Shown: piece after piece, positions 38,067 through 48,750 of the stretch
Position numbering within the stretch: the stretch's first letter is position 1
How the letters are laid out: every line of letters starts with the position of its first letter
DNA from: Calditrichales bacterium
Lineage (GTDB): Bacteria > Calditrichota > Calditrichia > Calditrichales > J004
Reading direction: 5' to 3'
Assembly (NCBI GenBank): GCA_965267575.1
Contig: OZ254086.1
Span: 3,232,001 to 3,296,000, forward strand
Length of the DNA: 64,000 nt
Program-made: the position numbers and the translations under genes
Notes under the pieces: model-generated
What the model saw: only the letters and a program-made list of their open reading frames with translations
What the model was told of the DNA's origin: nothing
The model's database searches: none

Positions 38067-40829
38067 ATGGATAAATATTCCTACGTAAATAATGCTCACC
38101 CCCAATATGTTGATGAGCTTTACAAGCGCTTTAAAGAAGACCCCAATTCCGTGGACGACAGTTGGCGCAGCTTTTTTGAAGGATTTGAATATGCCGGTTT
38201 GAACGGTAACGGCGCCGATTATGCACCTGCTGCCACCGGCGAGGATACGATCAGCACGCGGATGGCGCTAAAAGAGCTTGCCGTAATTAACCTGATTGAT
38301 GGTTACAGAACACGCGGTCACCTGTTTACTAAAACCAATCCCGTACGCGAACGGCGCAAATATATGCCGACCCTCGATCTGGAAAATTTCAACTTATCGG
38401 AAAGTGATCTGGATACGGTTTTCCAGGCCGGAACGACACTGGGATTGGGCCCGTCCTCCCTGCGCGAAATTTTGGATCACCTGAAGGAAACCTACTGTAA
38501 ATCCATCGGGGCGGAATATATGTTTATCCGCCGGGTTGAGCGCCAGATGTGGTTACAGGAGCGTATGGAAAGCACGCGTAATCGTCCCAATTTTGACGGT
38601 GAACAGAAAAAACGCATTCTGCACAAGTTGAATGAGGCTGTTGTTTTTGAAAAATTTCTTCATACCAAATATGTCGGCCAAAAACGTTTTTCCCTGCAGG
38701 GCGGCGAGACGCTGATTCCCGGTTTGGACACCATCGTTGAATACGGTGCCGAGCTGGGCATAGAGGAGCTTGTTATCGCCACCGCTCACCGCGGCCGTTT
38801 AAACATTCTGACAAACATTTTAAACAAACGCTATGAAGACATATTCTCTGTGTTTGAAGGTGAAGAACACGCCGACGCCGTTTTTTCCGGTGATGTAAAA
38901 TACCATTTGGGCTATACCAGCATTGTGGAAACGACGAAAGGTAAAAAGGTAAAGATCGGTATGGCGCCCAATCCCTCTCACCTTGAAGTGGTAAATCCGG
39001 TTGTGGCAGGTATGGTAAAAGCCAAACTGGACCAGTTTTATCACGGCGACGAAAACAAAATCGCCCCGATCATGATCCATGGTGACGCGGCCATCGCTGG
39101 GCAGGGGGTTGTATACGAGCTGATCCAGATGTCGCTGCTCAACGGTTTTCGTACCGGCGGCACGATACACATTGTGGTAAACAACCAGCTTGGTTTTACC
39201 ACCAACTACCTGCAGGGGCGCTCCAGCACCTACTGCACGGACGTAGCCAAAGTAACGCTTTCGCCGGTATTTCATGTAAATGCCGATGATGCGGAGGCGG
39301 TTGTTTACGCAATCCAGATGGCCCTAGAGTACCGCCAGAAATTCCACACCGACGTATTTATCGATCTGCTTGGCTACCGCCGCTATGGTCACAATGAAGG
39401 TGATGAGCCTCGTTTCACGCAGCCCAAACTGTATCATGTTATCGCCAAGCATCCGGACCCGCGCGAGATCTATTATAACCAGCTGCTTAAGGCCGGCAAT
39501 GTTGAAAAAGGCATCGCCAAAGAGATGGAAAAAGAGTTCAAGCAGATGCTTCAGGAGAAATTTGAAACAGTGCGTAAATCCAAAAACGGGCATCGCGAAT
39601 GGGACAAGCCCGATTCCCAGGATCCCTGCGACTGGCGCAAACGGGAAGACGGCCACAAGTTTGATCCATTGCCCGTTACCTCATTCCCCGGGGACCGCCT
39701 GTATGAAATCGGCAAGAAAATTTTTACGTTGCCTGAAGATTTTCATCTGTTCAACAAGGTCCGCAAGATATACAAGGACAGGCTGGACAGGCTGAATGAG
39801 GGCAAAAACCTCGATTGGGGCTTATGCGAATTTTTGGCCTATGCCACAATTCTGGACGAGGGTATACCTGTTCGTCTTAGCGGGCAGGACTCGGAGCGCG
39901 GTACCTTCTCGCATCGTCACGCGACTATCCGCGACGAAAAAACGGAGGAACTTTATCTGCCGCTTAACCATGTCAGTGAAGACCAGGCGCAGTGCAGGAT
40001 GTTTAACAGCCTTCTTTCCGAGTTTGCCGAAATGGGTTTTGAATTTGGTTATTCATGCGCGACGCCTCACGGCCTTACCATCTGGGAAGCACAGTTTGGC
40101 GATTTCTTCAACGGCGGGCAAATCGTGATTGACCAGTTCCTGAGCAGTTCTGAAATTAAATGGAATCGCTCCAACGGGCTCACGTTGCTTCTGCCTCACG
40201 CTTATGAGGGACAGGGGCCGGAACACAGTTGCGCGCGTATAGAACGCTTTCTGCAGCTCTCGGCGCGGGATAACTGGCGCGTGGCGCATCCCTCTACACC
40301 GGCCAATATGTACCATCTGCTTCGGACGCAGGTGAAATATCCGTTCCGGGCGCCACTGGTCGTTTTTACACCCAAAAGTCTGCTGCGTCATTCGCGCTGC
40401 GTCAGCACGATCGAAGAGCTTGCCGACGGTTCCTTTATGCCGCTGATTGATGACAGCGATGCCAAAAAGGACAAGGTTAAGCGTGTGCTATTCTGCAGCG
40501 GCAAAGTCTATTACGAACTGCTGGAGAAAAAAGAGGAAGAAAAGCGCGACGATATCGCTATCGTGCGCATTGAACTGCTTTATCCGTTTCCTACGGAAGC
40601 TGTAAAGGAGATTGTTAAGAAATACAGCAAAGCCAGGGATTTTGTGTGGGTTCAGGAAGATCCGGAGAACTACGGCGCGTGGCCCTATTTTAAAGACTGG
40701 CTGGAAATTAAAGATATCAAATGTGTTGCCCGTAAGGCAAACGCGGCGCCGGCAACAGGCTTTTATAAAGTACATGAGCAGGAACAGCAAAGGCTGCTGG
40801 AGCGAGCCTTTGAATTATCTAAAGCATAA
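38067..40829 (+). CDS. sucA: 2-oxoglutarate dehydrogenase E1
   Basis: HRGRLN, GDVKYH, NPSHLE, HGDAA, WEAQFGDF and GPEHS motifs. Confidence 0.95.
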   Translation: MDKYSYVNNAHPQYVDELYKRFKEDPNSVDDSWRSFFEGFEYAGLNGNGADYAPAATGEDTISTRMALKELAVINLIDGYRTRGHLFTKTNPVRERRKYMPTLDLENFNLSESDLDTVFQAGTTLGLGPSSLREILDHLKETYCKSIGAEYMFIRRVERQMWLQERMESTRNRPNFDGEQKKRILHKLNEAVVFEKFLHTKYVGQKRFSLQGGETLIPGLDTIVEYGAELGIEELVIATAHRGRLNILTNILNKRYEDIFSVFEGEEHADAVFSGDVKYHLGYTSIVETTKGKKVKIGMAPNPSHLEVVNPVVAGMVKAKLDQFYHGDENKIAPIMIHGDAAIAGQGVVYELIQMSLLNGFRTGGTIHIVVNNQLGFTTNYLQGRSSTYCTDVAKVTLSPVFHVNADDAEAVVYAIQMALEYRQKFHTDVFIDLLGYRRYGHNEGDEPRFTQPKLYHVIAKHPDPREIYYNQLLKAGNVEKGIAKEMEKEFKQMLQEKFETVRKSKNGHREWDKPDSQDPCDWRKREDGHKFDPLPVTSFPGDRLYEIGKKIFTLPEDFHLFNKVRKIYKDRLDRLNEGKNLDWGLCEFLAYATILDEGIPVRLSGQDSERGTFSHRHATIRDEKTEELYLPLNHVSEDQAQCRMFNSLLSEFAEMGFEFGYSCATPHGLTIWEAQFGDFFNGGQIVIDQFLSSSEIKWNRSNGLTLLLPHAYEGQGPEHSCARIERFLQLSARDNWRVAHPSTPANMYHLLRTQVKYPFRAPLVVFTPKSLLRHSRCVSTIEELADGSFMPLIDDSDAKKDKVKRVLFCSGKVYYELLEKKEEEKRDDIAIVRIELLYPFPTEAVKEIVKKYSKARDFVWVQEDPENYGAWPYFKDWLEIKDIKCVARKANAAPATGFYKVHEQEQQRLLERAFELSKA

Positions 40830-40851
40830 AAGAAGGTAAAAGGAAACTGAA

Positions 40852-42153
40852 ATGAAACTCGAGGTCAAGGTACCGTCAGTCGGTGAATCTGTATCGGAAG
40901 CTACCATGGGAAGCTGGCTAAAGGAAGATGGAGAATACGTAGAACAGGATGAAGCGATCTGTGAGATAGAATCCGAAAAAGCGACAATAGAAGTAAATGC
41001 CGAGCAAGCCGGTGTTTTGCACACAAAAGCGCAGGAAGGCGATACCCTGTCCATTGGTGAAGTGATTGCGGAAATAGATACCGACGCCGATGAATCCCAG
41101 GCTACAAAGAAAGAAGAAGACGAGGAAGGGCAGGAAGCGGAAAAACAACAGCAGGAAGAAAAAAGCGCCAAAGAAGAGCAGGAAGAGAAAGAAAAAGAAG
41201 ATGAAAAAGAGGCTGAGGAGGAAAAAGGCGGACGCACCAAGGTTTCGCCTGTAGCCGAGCGTATTCTTCAGGATGCCGGAATTAAGCCCGAAAACGTGCG
41301 TGGCACCGGCGATGGTGGCAAAGTTACAAAATCCGACGCGCTAAAGGCTGTTGATGCTAAAGACAAAGCAGAAAAGGAATCTTCCGAAAAGAAAAAAGAG
41401 ACAAAAGAGAAACCCGAACCAGAGCCTCAAAAACCGGACACGATGTCGGGCAAGCGCCAGGAAGAGCGCGTAAAAATGAGCACGCTGCGTAAAACGATCG
41501 CACGGCGTTTGCTTGAGGCCAAGCACGGTACGGCCATGCTTACAACGTTCAATGAAATTGATATGACCAACGTGGTTGAGGTGCGCCGCCGCTACAAGGA
41601 AATGTTCAAAGAGAAACACGATATCGGTCTGGGCTTTATGTCATTCTTCGCAAAAGCGGCATCTATTGCACTGTTTGAAGAACCGGGTGTCAATGCCATG
41701 ATTGACGGCGAAGAGATGGTTTATCACAAGTACTGCGATATTGGAATTGCCGTTTCCACGGAGAAGGGACTGGTGGTTCCGGTTATCCGCAATGCCGAAT
41801 CATTATCGCTTGCGCAGATCGAAAAGGAAGTAATGCGGCTGGCAACAAAGGCGCGCGACGGTAAACTTACCATCGACGAAATGAGCGGCGGTACATTCAG
41901 TATTACAAACGGCGGCGTTTTTGGATCGCTGATGGCGACACCGATTATCAATGCGCCACAGTCAGCGATTCTGGGCATGCACGCCATCAATGACCGCCCG
42001 GTTGCCATCGACGGCGAGGTCAAAATAAGACCGATGATGTATATAGCGCTTTCATACGATCACCGTGTCATTGACGGTAAAGAGTCTGTAACCTTCCTGA
42101 AGCGTGTTAAAGAGCTTGTACAAGATCCGATGCGCATGTTGCTGGATGTGTAA
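40852..42153 (+). CDS. sucB: Dihydrolipoamide succinyltransferase E2
   Basis: Lipoyl domain (ESEKA), peripheral subunit-binding domain, catalytic DHRVIDG. Confidence 0.95.
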   Translation: MKLEVKVPSVGESVSEATMGSWLKEDGEYVEQDEAICEIESEKATIEVNAEQAGVLHTKAQEGDTLSIGEVIAEIDTDADESQATKKEEDEEGQEAEKQQQEEKSAKEEQEEKEKEDEKEAEEEKGGRTKVSPVAERILQDAGIKPENVRGTGDGGKVTKSDALKAVDAKDKAEKESSEKKKETKEKPEPEPQKPDTMSGKRQEERVKMSTLRKTIARRLLEAKHGTAMLTTFNEIDMTNVVEVRRRYKEMFKEKHDIGLGFMSFFAKAASIALFEEPGVNAMIDGEEMVYHKYCDIGIAVSTEKGLVVPVIRNAESLSLAQIEKEVMRLATKARDGKLTIDEMSGGTFSITNGGVFGSLMATPIINAPQSAILGMHAINDRPVAIDGEVKIRPMMYIALSYDHRVIDGKESVTFLKRVKELVQDPMRMLLDV

Positions 42154-42158
42154 AATGT

Positions 42159-42187
42159 AACCCCGGTTTTCACGCCGGGGTTTTTTT
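42159..42187 (+). terminator. Rho-independent terminator after sucAB
   Basis: AACCCCGG...CCGGGGTT followed by a T tract. Confidence 0.85.
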
Positions 42188-42242
42188 GTACAGATCAGAA
42201 TTGATCCGGAACTATTGCCGGAATTCCGGTAAATATTAGCGT

Positions 42243-42671
42243 ATGAAAAACGAAAGAACGTGGCCGCGTGTCGGTGTGGGCGCTGTAATATTGCGCAATA
42301 AGAAGATTCTGCTTGTCCAGAGGGCGGCTCCGCCTGCGGCAGGTATGTGGGCTGTGCCCGGCGGAAAAGTACATCCGGGTGAAGGGTTGCAGGAGGCACT
42401 GGAGCGCGAAATTCTCGAAGAAACGGGATTTTGTATCCGCGTGGGCGATATAGCGCATGTTTTTGATGTGAGCAGCGGTTCGCACGGTAAGGAGGATTTT
42501 TATCACTACGTGATACTCGATTTTTTTGCTTGGATAGAGAGCGGCGATCTTGTGCCCGGCGATGACGCGCGTGATGCCGGATGGTTCAGCCTGGACGATA
42601 GTGACAATCCCGCCATACATATTGAAACCCGCCGTTTGATGAAAAACCTTGCGGATAAAAATGGGCAATAA
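42243..42671 (+). CDS. Nudix hydrolase
   Basis: Nudix box GGKVHPGEGLQEALEREILEETG. Confidence 0.92.
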   Translation: MKNERTWPRVGVGAVILRNKKILLVQRAAPPAAGMWAVPGGKVHPGEGLQEALEREILEETGFCIRVGDIAHVFDVSSGSHGKEDFYHYVILDFFAWIESGDLVPGDDARDAGWFSLDDSDNPAIHIETRRLMKNLADKNGQ

Positions 42672-42738
42672 AAAAGTTGGCCTCCCAAAAAGCATACAAC
42701 TATATTTATAGCTGCTGATTAATAACCCGGGAAATAAG

Positions 42739-43704
42739 ATGAATAATGAATTGATGCTGGGGGTTGATATTGGTGGAACCAACACCAAGTTCGGCTTCGT
42801 TCAGCATGACGGAAAAGTGATAGAAAGAACGAGCATTGATACCAATGCTGACAAGGGGGCGCAGAACCTGATTGACCGCCTTTACGACTACACCACAAAA
42901 TGGCTTAAAAAGAATTCCGGCTACCAGTTGAAAGGTGTCGGGATAGGAGCTCCCAACGCCAACTACTACACCGGAAAAGTCGAAAACCCGCCAAACCTGG
43001 GCTGGGGAGATGTTTATCTTGTGGAAATGGTGCAGGATAAATTCGGCCTGCCGGTACGCATCACGAATGATGCCAACGCCAGCGCCCTGGGCGAAATGCT
43101 GTTTGGCGCGGCGCGTGGCATGAAAGATTTTATAGTTATCACGCTCGGCACCGGTCTTGGCAGCGGCATTGTAATTAACGGCCAGCTTGTCTACGGCGCT
43201 AACGGCTATGCCGGTGAACTGGGCCACACGGTGGTCGATCCGCAGGGACGTCGCTGCGCAACCGGGCGCATCGGTTGCCTGGAAAGCTATGCCTCTGCCA
43301 CGGGCATTGTACGCACGGCCATGGAGATGATGGCGCGGTGCAGCGAGCCATCTGCTTTGCGCGACATACCGCCTAAAGATATTACCGCCCACAAGATTTA
43401 CAATCTTGCCAAAAAAGGGGATAAAATTGCGCTGGGTTGTTTCGATTCCACGGCCAAAATACTGGGGCTGAGCCTGGCCAACTTCGTTATGTTCAGCGCG
43501 CCGGAGGCTATTTTTATTTGTGGCGGTCTGGCCGATGCAGCAGATCTGCTTTTTGACGCGGTGAAAGAGGAAATGGAGAAACACCTGATTTCAAATTTCC
43601 AAAACCAGGTTAAAATCCTGCCTTCCGGCATTACCGAAAATCCGGCAATTTTGGGCGCAGCAGCGCTTGCCTGGAAAGATCTGGCTAATATAGGCAAACA
43701 GTAA
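42739..43704 (+). CDS. ROK family sugar kinase (glucokinase-like)
   Basis: DIGGT, NDANA, TLGTGLG, GELGH and GCLE motifs. Confidence 0.92.
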   Translation: MNNELMLGVDIGGTNTKFGFVQHDGKVIERTSIDTNADKGAQNLIDRLYDYTTKWLKKNSGYQLKGVGIGAPNANYYTGKVENPPNLGWGDVYLVEMVQDKFGLPVRITNDANASALGEMLFGAARGMKDFIVITLGTGLGSGIVINGQLVYGANGYAGELGHTVVDPQGRRCATGRIGCLESYASATGIVRTAMEMMARCSEPSALRDIPPKDITAHKIYNLAKKGDKIALGCFDSTAKILGLSLANFVMFSAPEAIFICGGLADAADLLFDAVKEEMEKHLISNFQNQVKILPSGITENPAILGAAALAWKDLANIGKQ

Positions 43705-43773
43705 ATTTATTATTTTTAAAAGCGTGTTTTAAAAAAGCTTCCAGCTAAGCCTTCGGGGACTTTGCCCTAAAAT

Positions 43774-43807
43774 AAAAAAAAGCCCCATCCAGGCCGGACA
43801 GGGCTTT
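43774..43807 (-). terminator. Terminator for the ppiD-like gene
   Basis: A8-GCCC...GGGCTTT hairpin between convergent genes. Confidence 0.65.
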
Positions 43808-43828
43808 CCAACTCATAATATCTATATT

Positions 43829-45625
43829 TTAGAACAGATTAAATTTGCGGCGGTTGTCCACAATATCTGCTTCTTCCTTCAGTTTATCATACCAATCGGT
43901 AAATACCTGGTTACGTTTTTCGTTGAGTAAGCGGCTGCGTATAGCCTCTTTCTGCGCCAGATATTTTGTGCTGTCAAATTCGGTTTTTTCAAGGAGTTTT
44001 TGATAGTAAAAGCCAAACTCTGCTTCGATCATATCGGACGTTTCACCAACATTTAGTGTAAATGCCGTCGCCAGGAACTCCGGCTGGCGGCCTACATTTG
44101 GTATTGATTGATTCATGCTAAAAAGCGGTGTAACGTCATAACGCACGCGTCCGCTTGTATCGGACTGAGCAACCGCTTCCAGGTTACCCTGTGCAACCGG
44201 CTCACTAAGATTTGCAGCAAATGCGCGCGCTTCGCCTTTGGCTTTTTCCAGCTTGGCTCGGTTCTCCACGAGATCACGAACTTCATCCAGAGGTCTGTAG
44301 CCTTCTTCGCGCAGGTCGTTTACCCGAAATACGGCATAACCCTGGTCGACGCTGTAAACATCCGAGGCGCTGCCTTTGGATTTGCTGAACGCAAAATTGG
44401 AAATGGCCGCATTGCGTCCGAAGCCCGGTACGAATCCGCCGCGCTCTTCAAAGAAGCCGGTCGTTTCGGGCTGATAGCCATACTCCTGCAGGGCGGCATC
44501 CCAGCCCAGGTCCTGCACGTCATCGGCAAAGATGCGCGCGGCGTCTTCCTGCTCACTAAGAGTACTGGGGCCGGCGCTAACTTTGAGAAGAATATGGCTC
44601 GCTTTAACCTTTTCCTCACCATCTTCCGTTTTCTTGTCTTCCACCTTGATCAGGTGATAGCCAAATGAGGTTTGAACGGGTCCGACGATCTCCCCGGGTT
44701 CCGCGGCAAAAGCGGCATCCGAGAAGGGCTTGACCATGGAACTGCGGTCAAAGTATCCCAAATCGCCGCTGTTCTGATTTACTGACGGATCTTCGGAAAA
44801 TTCAAGCGCCAGGGTACTGAAATCTTCGCCCAGTTCCATGCGTTCCCGGATCCGGTTAAAATCTGTAAATATCCTTTGCGTGTCTTGCGCAGTTGGCTTT
44901 ACTTCAAATAAGACGTAAGCCAGTTCGCGCTGGGCATTACGCTTATAATCTTCCTTGTTTTCGCGATAGAAATTTTCTATTTCCGTTTCGCTTACCTCAA
45001 CGTTGTCCTGAAAACGGGCGGCAAGAATCGCCAGATATTCCACTTTGGCCTTGAGGTTTTTGCGTTTGTACTCGTCCAGAATCTCCAGTTCGCTCACGCG
45101 GACGCTGTTGGTGATGATATTACGCAGCTTTTCAAAAGGTATTTGCTGACGATAGTATTCTTCGATCTGGCGCCAGGGCAGGTTGGGGTCCTGCAAAAGC
45201 TGGCGGTATTTGGCCATGTCGAACGAGCCGTTTGTCTGCAGTTGCGGATTGTTCCGAAATTCAGGCAGGGGATGATTCATAATCTGGTAAACCACTTCCG
45301 AGTCGGTCACGGCGATGTTCAGGTTTTTCATTTCTTCGCGGAAAAGCGTAATCTGAACAAACTGTTCCCAGACCTGTTCACGGAGCTGCTCCAGCCGGCG
45401 ATCATCGATCTGGCCTTCGGTGCGGGCGCGTTCATTTTCATACAGGTTGCTGTACAACTCACGCCATTTATCGTACGTAAGCTCTTCGCCGTTTACTTCT
45501 CCAATTACATTGTCTGTTCTTATACCGCCCATGTCGGCACCCCATTCGCCAACAATAAGCGCCAAAAATGCCAGCACCAGGATTATCAAAAAGGTTTTAC
45601 TGGCCTGGCGTAATTTGGTCATCAT
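43829..45625 (-). CDS. ppiD: PpiD-like membrane-anchored periplasmic chaperone (SurA N-domain + parvulin)
   Basis: N-terminal TM; GEVNGE; parvulin motifs GDLGYF..MVKPF and T.FGYHLIKV. Start 45625 or 45622. Confidence 0.85.
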   Translation of the reverse strand: MMTKLRQASKTFLIILVLAFLALIVGEWGADMGGIRTDNVIGEVNGEELTYDKWRELYSNLYENERARTEGQIDDRRLEQLREQVWEQFVQITLFREEMKNLNIAVTDSEVVYQIMNHPLPEFRNNPQLQTNGSFDMAKYRQLLQDPNLPWRQIEEYYRQQIPFEKLRNIITNSVRVSELEILDEYKRKNLKAKVEYLAILAARFQDNVEVSETEIENFYRENKEDYKRNAQRELAYVLFEVKPTAQDTQRIFTDFNRIRERMELGEDFSTLALEFSEDPSVNQNSGDLGYFDRSSMVKPFSDAAFAAEPGEIVGPVQTSFGYHLIKVEDKKTEDGEEKVKASHILLKVSAGPSTLSEQEDAARIFADDVQDLGWDAALQEYGYQPETTGFFEERGGFVPGFGRNAAISNFAFSKSKGSASDVYSVDQGYAVFRVNDLREEGYRPLDEVRDLVENRAKLEKAKGEARAFAANLSEPVAQGNLEAVAQSDTSGRVRYDVTPLFSMNQSIPNVGRQPEFLATAFTLNVGETSDMIEAEFGFYYQKLLEKTEFDSTKYLAQKEAIRSRLLNEKRNQVFTDWYDKLKEEADIVDNRRKFNLF

Positions 45626-45796
45626 ATCGCGTATAAACTCCTTAAGCTAATGTAAAAATTGCATCGATCAGGGCATACAAATTGCCGGTCAGGTCGCCCA
45701 AAAAAGATGACAAATTTAGCTTAGTGCCTGCATAAGTTCAAATTTAATTTGAATTTGTTGGTTGCCTGTTTTAGGCAATCTGACTATTTTCCTTTT

Positions 45797-46696
45797 ATGC
45801 ATAAAATTGAGTATTTGCTGCTTCTTTTTCTGGACGCGTTATTCCGCCGATTGCCTTTTGCCGTAGGCCGTTTTAAGGCATCTGTTTTGTATTTCCTCGT
45901 GGCTTATGTTTTGCGCTATCGTCAAAAGGTTATCAGGCAAAACCTGGAGCTTGCGTTCAACGGAAAACTTCCGCGCGAAGCTTCCGCACTTATAAAGGAC
46001 ATTTACCGCCATTTTGTTTATCTGTGGATGGAGTTTTTGCAAAGTGCGCGCCTGGCCCGCACCGACTGGCAAAAACGGATCAACGTTCATAACGCCGAAA
46101 TTGTGGATGAAGCATTTGCGCAGAAAAAAGGCGCCGTGCTCATTACAGGGCACTTTGGCAATTTCGAGTGGATCAACATTTTGCTGAGACTAAAAGGTTA
46201 CCCGTTCGCGGCAGTGGCCAAAAGACAAAGCAATCCTTACGTGGACAAATTTATTCTTGAGCGCAGGGAACAATTCGGCACAAAAATTTTTTATATGCGC
46301 GAAGCATTCAAAGAGGGCATAAAGTTTTTGCAGAATAACGGTGCGATCGGGCTTGTGGCCGACCAGGACGCGCGGGATAAGGGTATCTTTGTGGATTTTT
46401 TCGGACACCCGGCCTCAACGTTTGTGGGCCCTGCCTTGTATCATATGAGAACGGGAGCACCCATAATTCTCATTCTGGCCGTGCGTAAAGACTACGCCCG
46501 TTTTGACCTTCATTTTGAAAAAGTTGAATGCGACTGGCAGGGCCTTGATAGAGATGATGCCATCAGAAAAATTACCCAGGCCCATGTCAGCGCGCTTGAA
46601 AAATGGATAAGACGCTATCCGGAGCAATGGTTCTGGATGCACAGACGATGGAAAACTCAACCCCGCACTGAAGTCCGTGAAACGCCCGGAGCCTAA
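45797..46696 (+). CDS. Lipid A late acyltransferase (LpxL/HtrB family)
   Basis: GHFGNFE, ADQD and PEQWFWMHRRWK motifs. Confidence 0.88.
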   Translation: MHKIEYLLLLFLDALFRRLPFAVGRFKASVLYFLVAYVLRYRQKVIRQNLELAFNGKLPREASALIKDIYRHFVYLWMEFLQSARLARTDWQKRINVHNAEIVDEAFAQKKGAVLITGHFGNFEWINILLRLKGYPFAAVAKRQSNPYVDKFILERREQFGTKIFYMREAFKEGIKFLQNNGAIGLVADQDARDKGIFVDFFGHPASTFVGPALYHMRTGAPIILILAVRKDYARFDLHFEKVECDWQGLDRDDAIRKITQAHVSALEKWIRRYPEQWFWMHRRWKTQPRTEVRETPGA

Positions 46697-46710
46697 AGGC
46701 GGAAGCTACC

Positions 46711-47883
46711 ATGAAATATTACAAAATCGATCCCCGGAATCCCGGTGAGGAGGCCTTGCACAGTGCCATCGAATGCCTTGAACAAGGCGGTGTAATCGTT
46801 TACCCGACCGATACGCTGTATGGCATGGGAGTGGATGTGTTTAACCGAGATGCCGTGCGCAAGTTGTACATGATCAAAGAGCGTGATATGCGCCGTCCCG
46901 TTTCGATCATGATGCAATCCTTGCAGCAGGTGAAAGAAGTGTTTGGCTTCCGCGATCAAAAGGTGCGTCAGGATCTGGACCTGTTGCTGCCCGGTCGCAT
47001 CACGGCGATTATTGATAATGTTTCACATCGACGTGTTCCGATTCTTGAAGATGTACTAAAGCCGGGTGACTACCAGAAAACGGTCGGTATACGCATCCCT
47101 GATCACGTGGTGTGCAATAAACTTAGCGACATGTTTGATTCACCGATCAGCACGACAAGCGCTAATATTTCCGGGCAGGGCAATGCCTTTTCTATTGAGG
47201 AGATTGTTGCACAGCTGAGCAGCAAGCCCGACCTTATCCTTGATGCCGGTCCCATTGAGCCGTCAAAAGGCTCAACGGTCATCGACATGTCGCGCGAGCC
47301 TTATCTAATTTTGCGCGAAGGTGATGTAAGTGAGGCGGATCTTAAAAAGAAGCTGGGTAAAAAGCGCGTGAGGATCCCCGAGCCGGCCTTCCGTATTACT
47401 TTTATTTGTTCCGGCAATATCTGTCGTTCACCTATGGCCGAAGCGATACTGAAACGCATGATATCCAAAACCAAATATCGCGACCAGATCGATGTACAAT
47501 CGGCGGGGACGCTTCCTTTGACGCAACAGCCTGCCCACGACTACGCCATAAACGTGTGCGATGAAAACGGTATCGACATTACCCGCCACCGCAGCAGACC
47601 GGTCACCAGGGAAATCGTTAATAATTCGCATTTGATTTTATGCATGGCGCAGGATCATTTGGCCTTTTTCAACAAAAACTATCCCAACGAGCGTCAAAAA
47701 GTAGCACTGTTAAAGCAATGGAAGCGTGAAAAGCAATTATCCATCCCGTCGATTGCCGACCCGATCGGCCATAACTATCCCTTTTTCAAGGAGACATTCG
47801 AAGAGATCCGCGAAGAATTGAAGCGGGTACTGCCGCCTGTTTTAGCAGAAGTACGCGCTTTTGCCAAAAGCAACGGCAGATAA
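46711..47883 (+). CDS. Fusion of threonylcarbamoyl-AMP synthase (TsaC/Sua5 YrdC domain) and LMW protein phosphatase
   Basis: PTDTLYG, GIRIP, TSANISG and STVID motifs, followed in frame by FICSGNICRSPMAE and IADP. Confidence 0.88.
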   Translation: MKYYKIDPRNPGEEALHSAIECLEQGGVIVYPTDTLYGMGVDVFNRDAVRKLYMIKERDMRRPVSIMMQSLQQVKEVFGFRDQKVRQDLDLLLPGRITAIIDNVSHRRVPILEDVLKPGDYQKTVGIRIPDHVVCNKLSDMFDSPISTTSANISGQGNAFSIEEIVAQLSSKPDLILDAGPIEPSKGSTVIDMSREPYLILREGDVSEADLKKKLGKKRVRIPEPAFRITFICSGNICRSPMAEAILKRMISKTKYRDQIDVQSAGTLPLTQQPAHDYAINVCDENGIDITRHRSRPVTREIVNNSHLILCMAQDHLAFFNKNYPNERQKVALLKQWKREKQLSIPSIADPIGHNYPFFKETFEEIREELKRVLPPVLAEVRAFAKSNGR

Positions 47884-47895
47884 CCCGGTTGGAAA

Positions 47896-48747
47896 ATGAC
47901 ATTGACCTCTTTAAATTATAGGTTTGAAATTTTACGGAGCTTTAAGATGCCTTTGCGCAACTTTATAAAAAAAAATAAAAAATTCAGTTTCTATTTTAAG
48001 GAGCACAAGCTTAAGCCTTATCCGGGATACCCTGGAGTTTATCACATTGTTCGTCGCAAAGGAAAAAAGCGTTTGGATATATCTCAATTAGATCTTTTTA
48101 AAAAAAAGCTCGATGACTGGCAGTTTTGGGATAGTCTGATAAATAATAATAACGATGAATTTTATCAGATTGAGGAACAACGAATTAAGCGTCAGGAAAA
48201 GCTGTTTCGCTTTGAAAAGGGTGGAGATTACAATTTAAAGGAGCGGCAGGAATACGCTATTGAACATGCTAAAGGACGCATTCTGGATGTTGGCTTTTTT
48301 GACGGTAAGACGCTCTGCTTTTTGCTCGAGAAAGGTAACGACTGCGAAGGTGTGGATTTTGGGGATACCTATGTTGAAGTAGCACGGGAGAATTTTCGCG
48401 CAGCCGGCGGTGACCCTGAAAAAATAATAAAAGGACTTTTCCAGAATTTACCATATAAAGATGAAACGTTTGACACGGTAATAAGTCAGGAGACTCTTGA
48501 GCACTTTTTTTTTCCAGACATAATGATTGAAGAAGTAAGGAGGGTCCTAAAAACAGGCGGTTTCTTTATCGGCTCAACGCCACTTGAAAACAGGATCGAT
48601 TCTGAGACGCACATTGTATATTATGAAGAAAGCGGCGTAAAAGCACTCCTGGAAGATGGGTTTAAAATACGAGATTTTCAATTAATTAAAGATCTTCCGC
48701 AAAATCAGCGCCCCCAATTAATTGTCTGGACGGCTGAAAAAATATAA
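47896..48747 (+). CDS. Class I SAM-dependent methyltransferase
   Basis: ILDVG..DG, LPY.DETFD, ETLEH and RRVLKTGG motifs. Start could be 47948. Confidence 0.8.
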   Translation: MTLTSLNYRFEILRSFKMPLRNFIKKNKKFSFYFKEHKLKPYPGYPGVYHIVRRKGKKRLDISQLDLFKKKLDDWQFWDSLINNNNDEFYQIEEQRIKRQEKLFRFEKGGDYNLKERQEYAIEHAKGRILDVGFFDGKTLCFLLEKGNDCEGVDFGDTYVEVARENFRAAGGDPEKIIKGLFQNLPYKDETFDTVISQETLEHFFFPDIMIEEVRRVLKTGGFFIGSTPLENRIDSETHIVYYEESGVKALLEDGFKIRDFQLIKDLPQNQRPQLIVWTAEKI

Positions 48748-48750
48748 GAC

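Noticed and set aside
41085..41430. Purine-rich low-complexity DNA in sucB (and in infB ~62880-63440)
   Set aside because: Encodes ordinary Glu/Lys-rich linkers.
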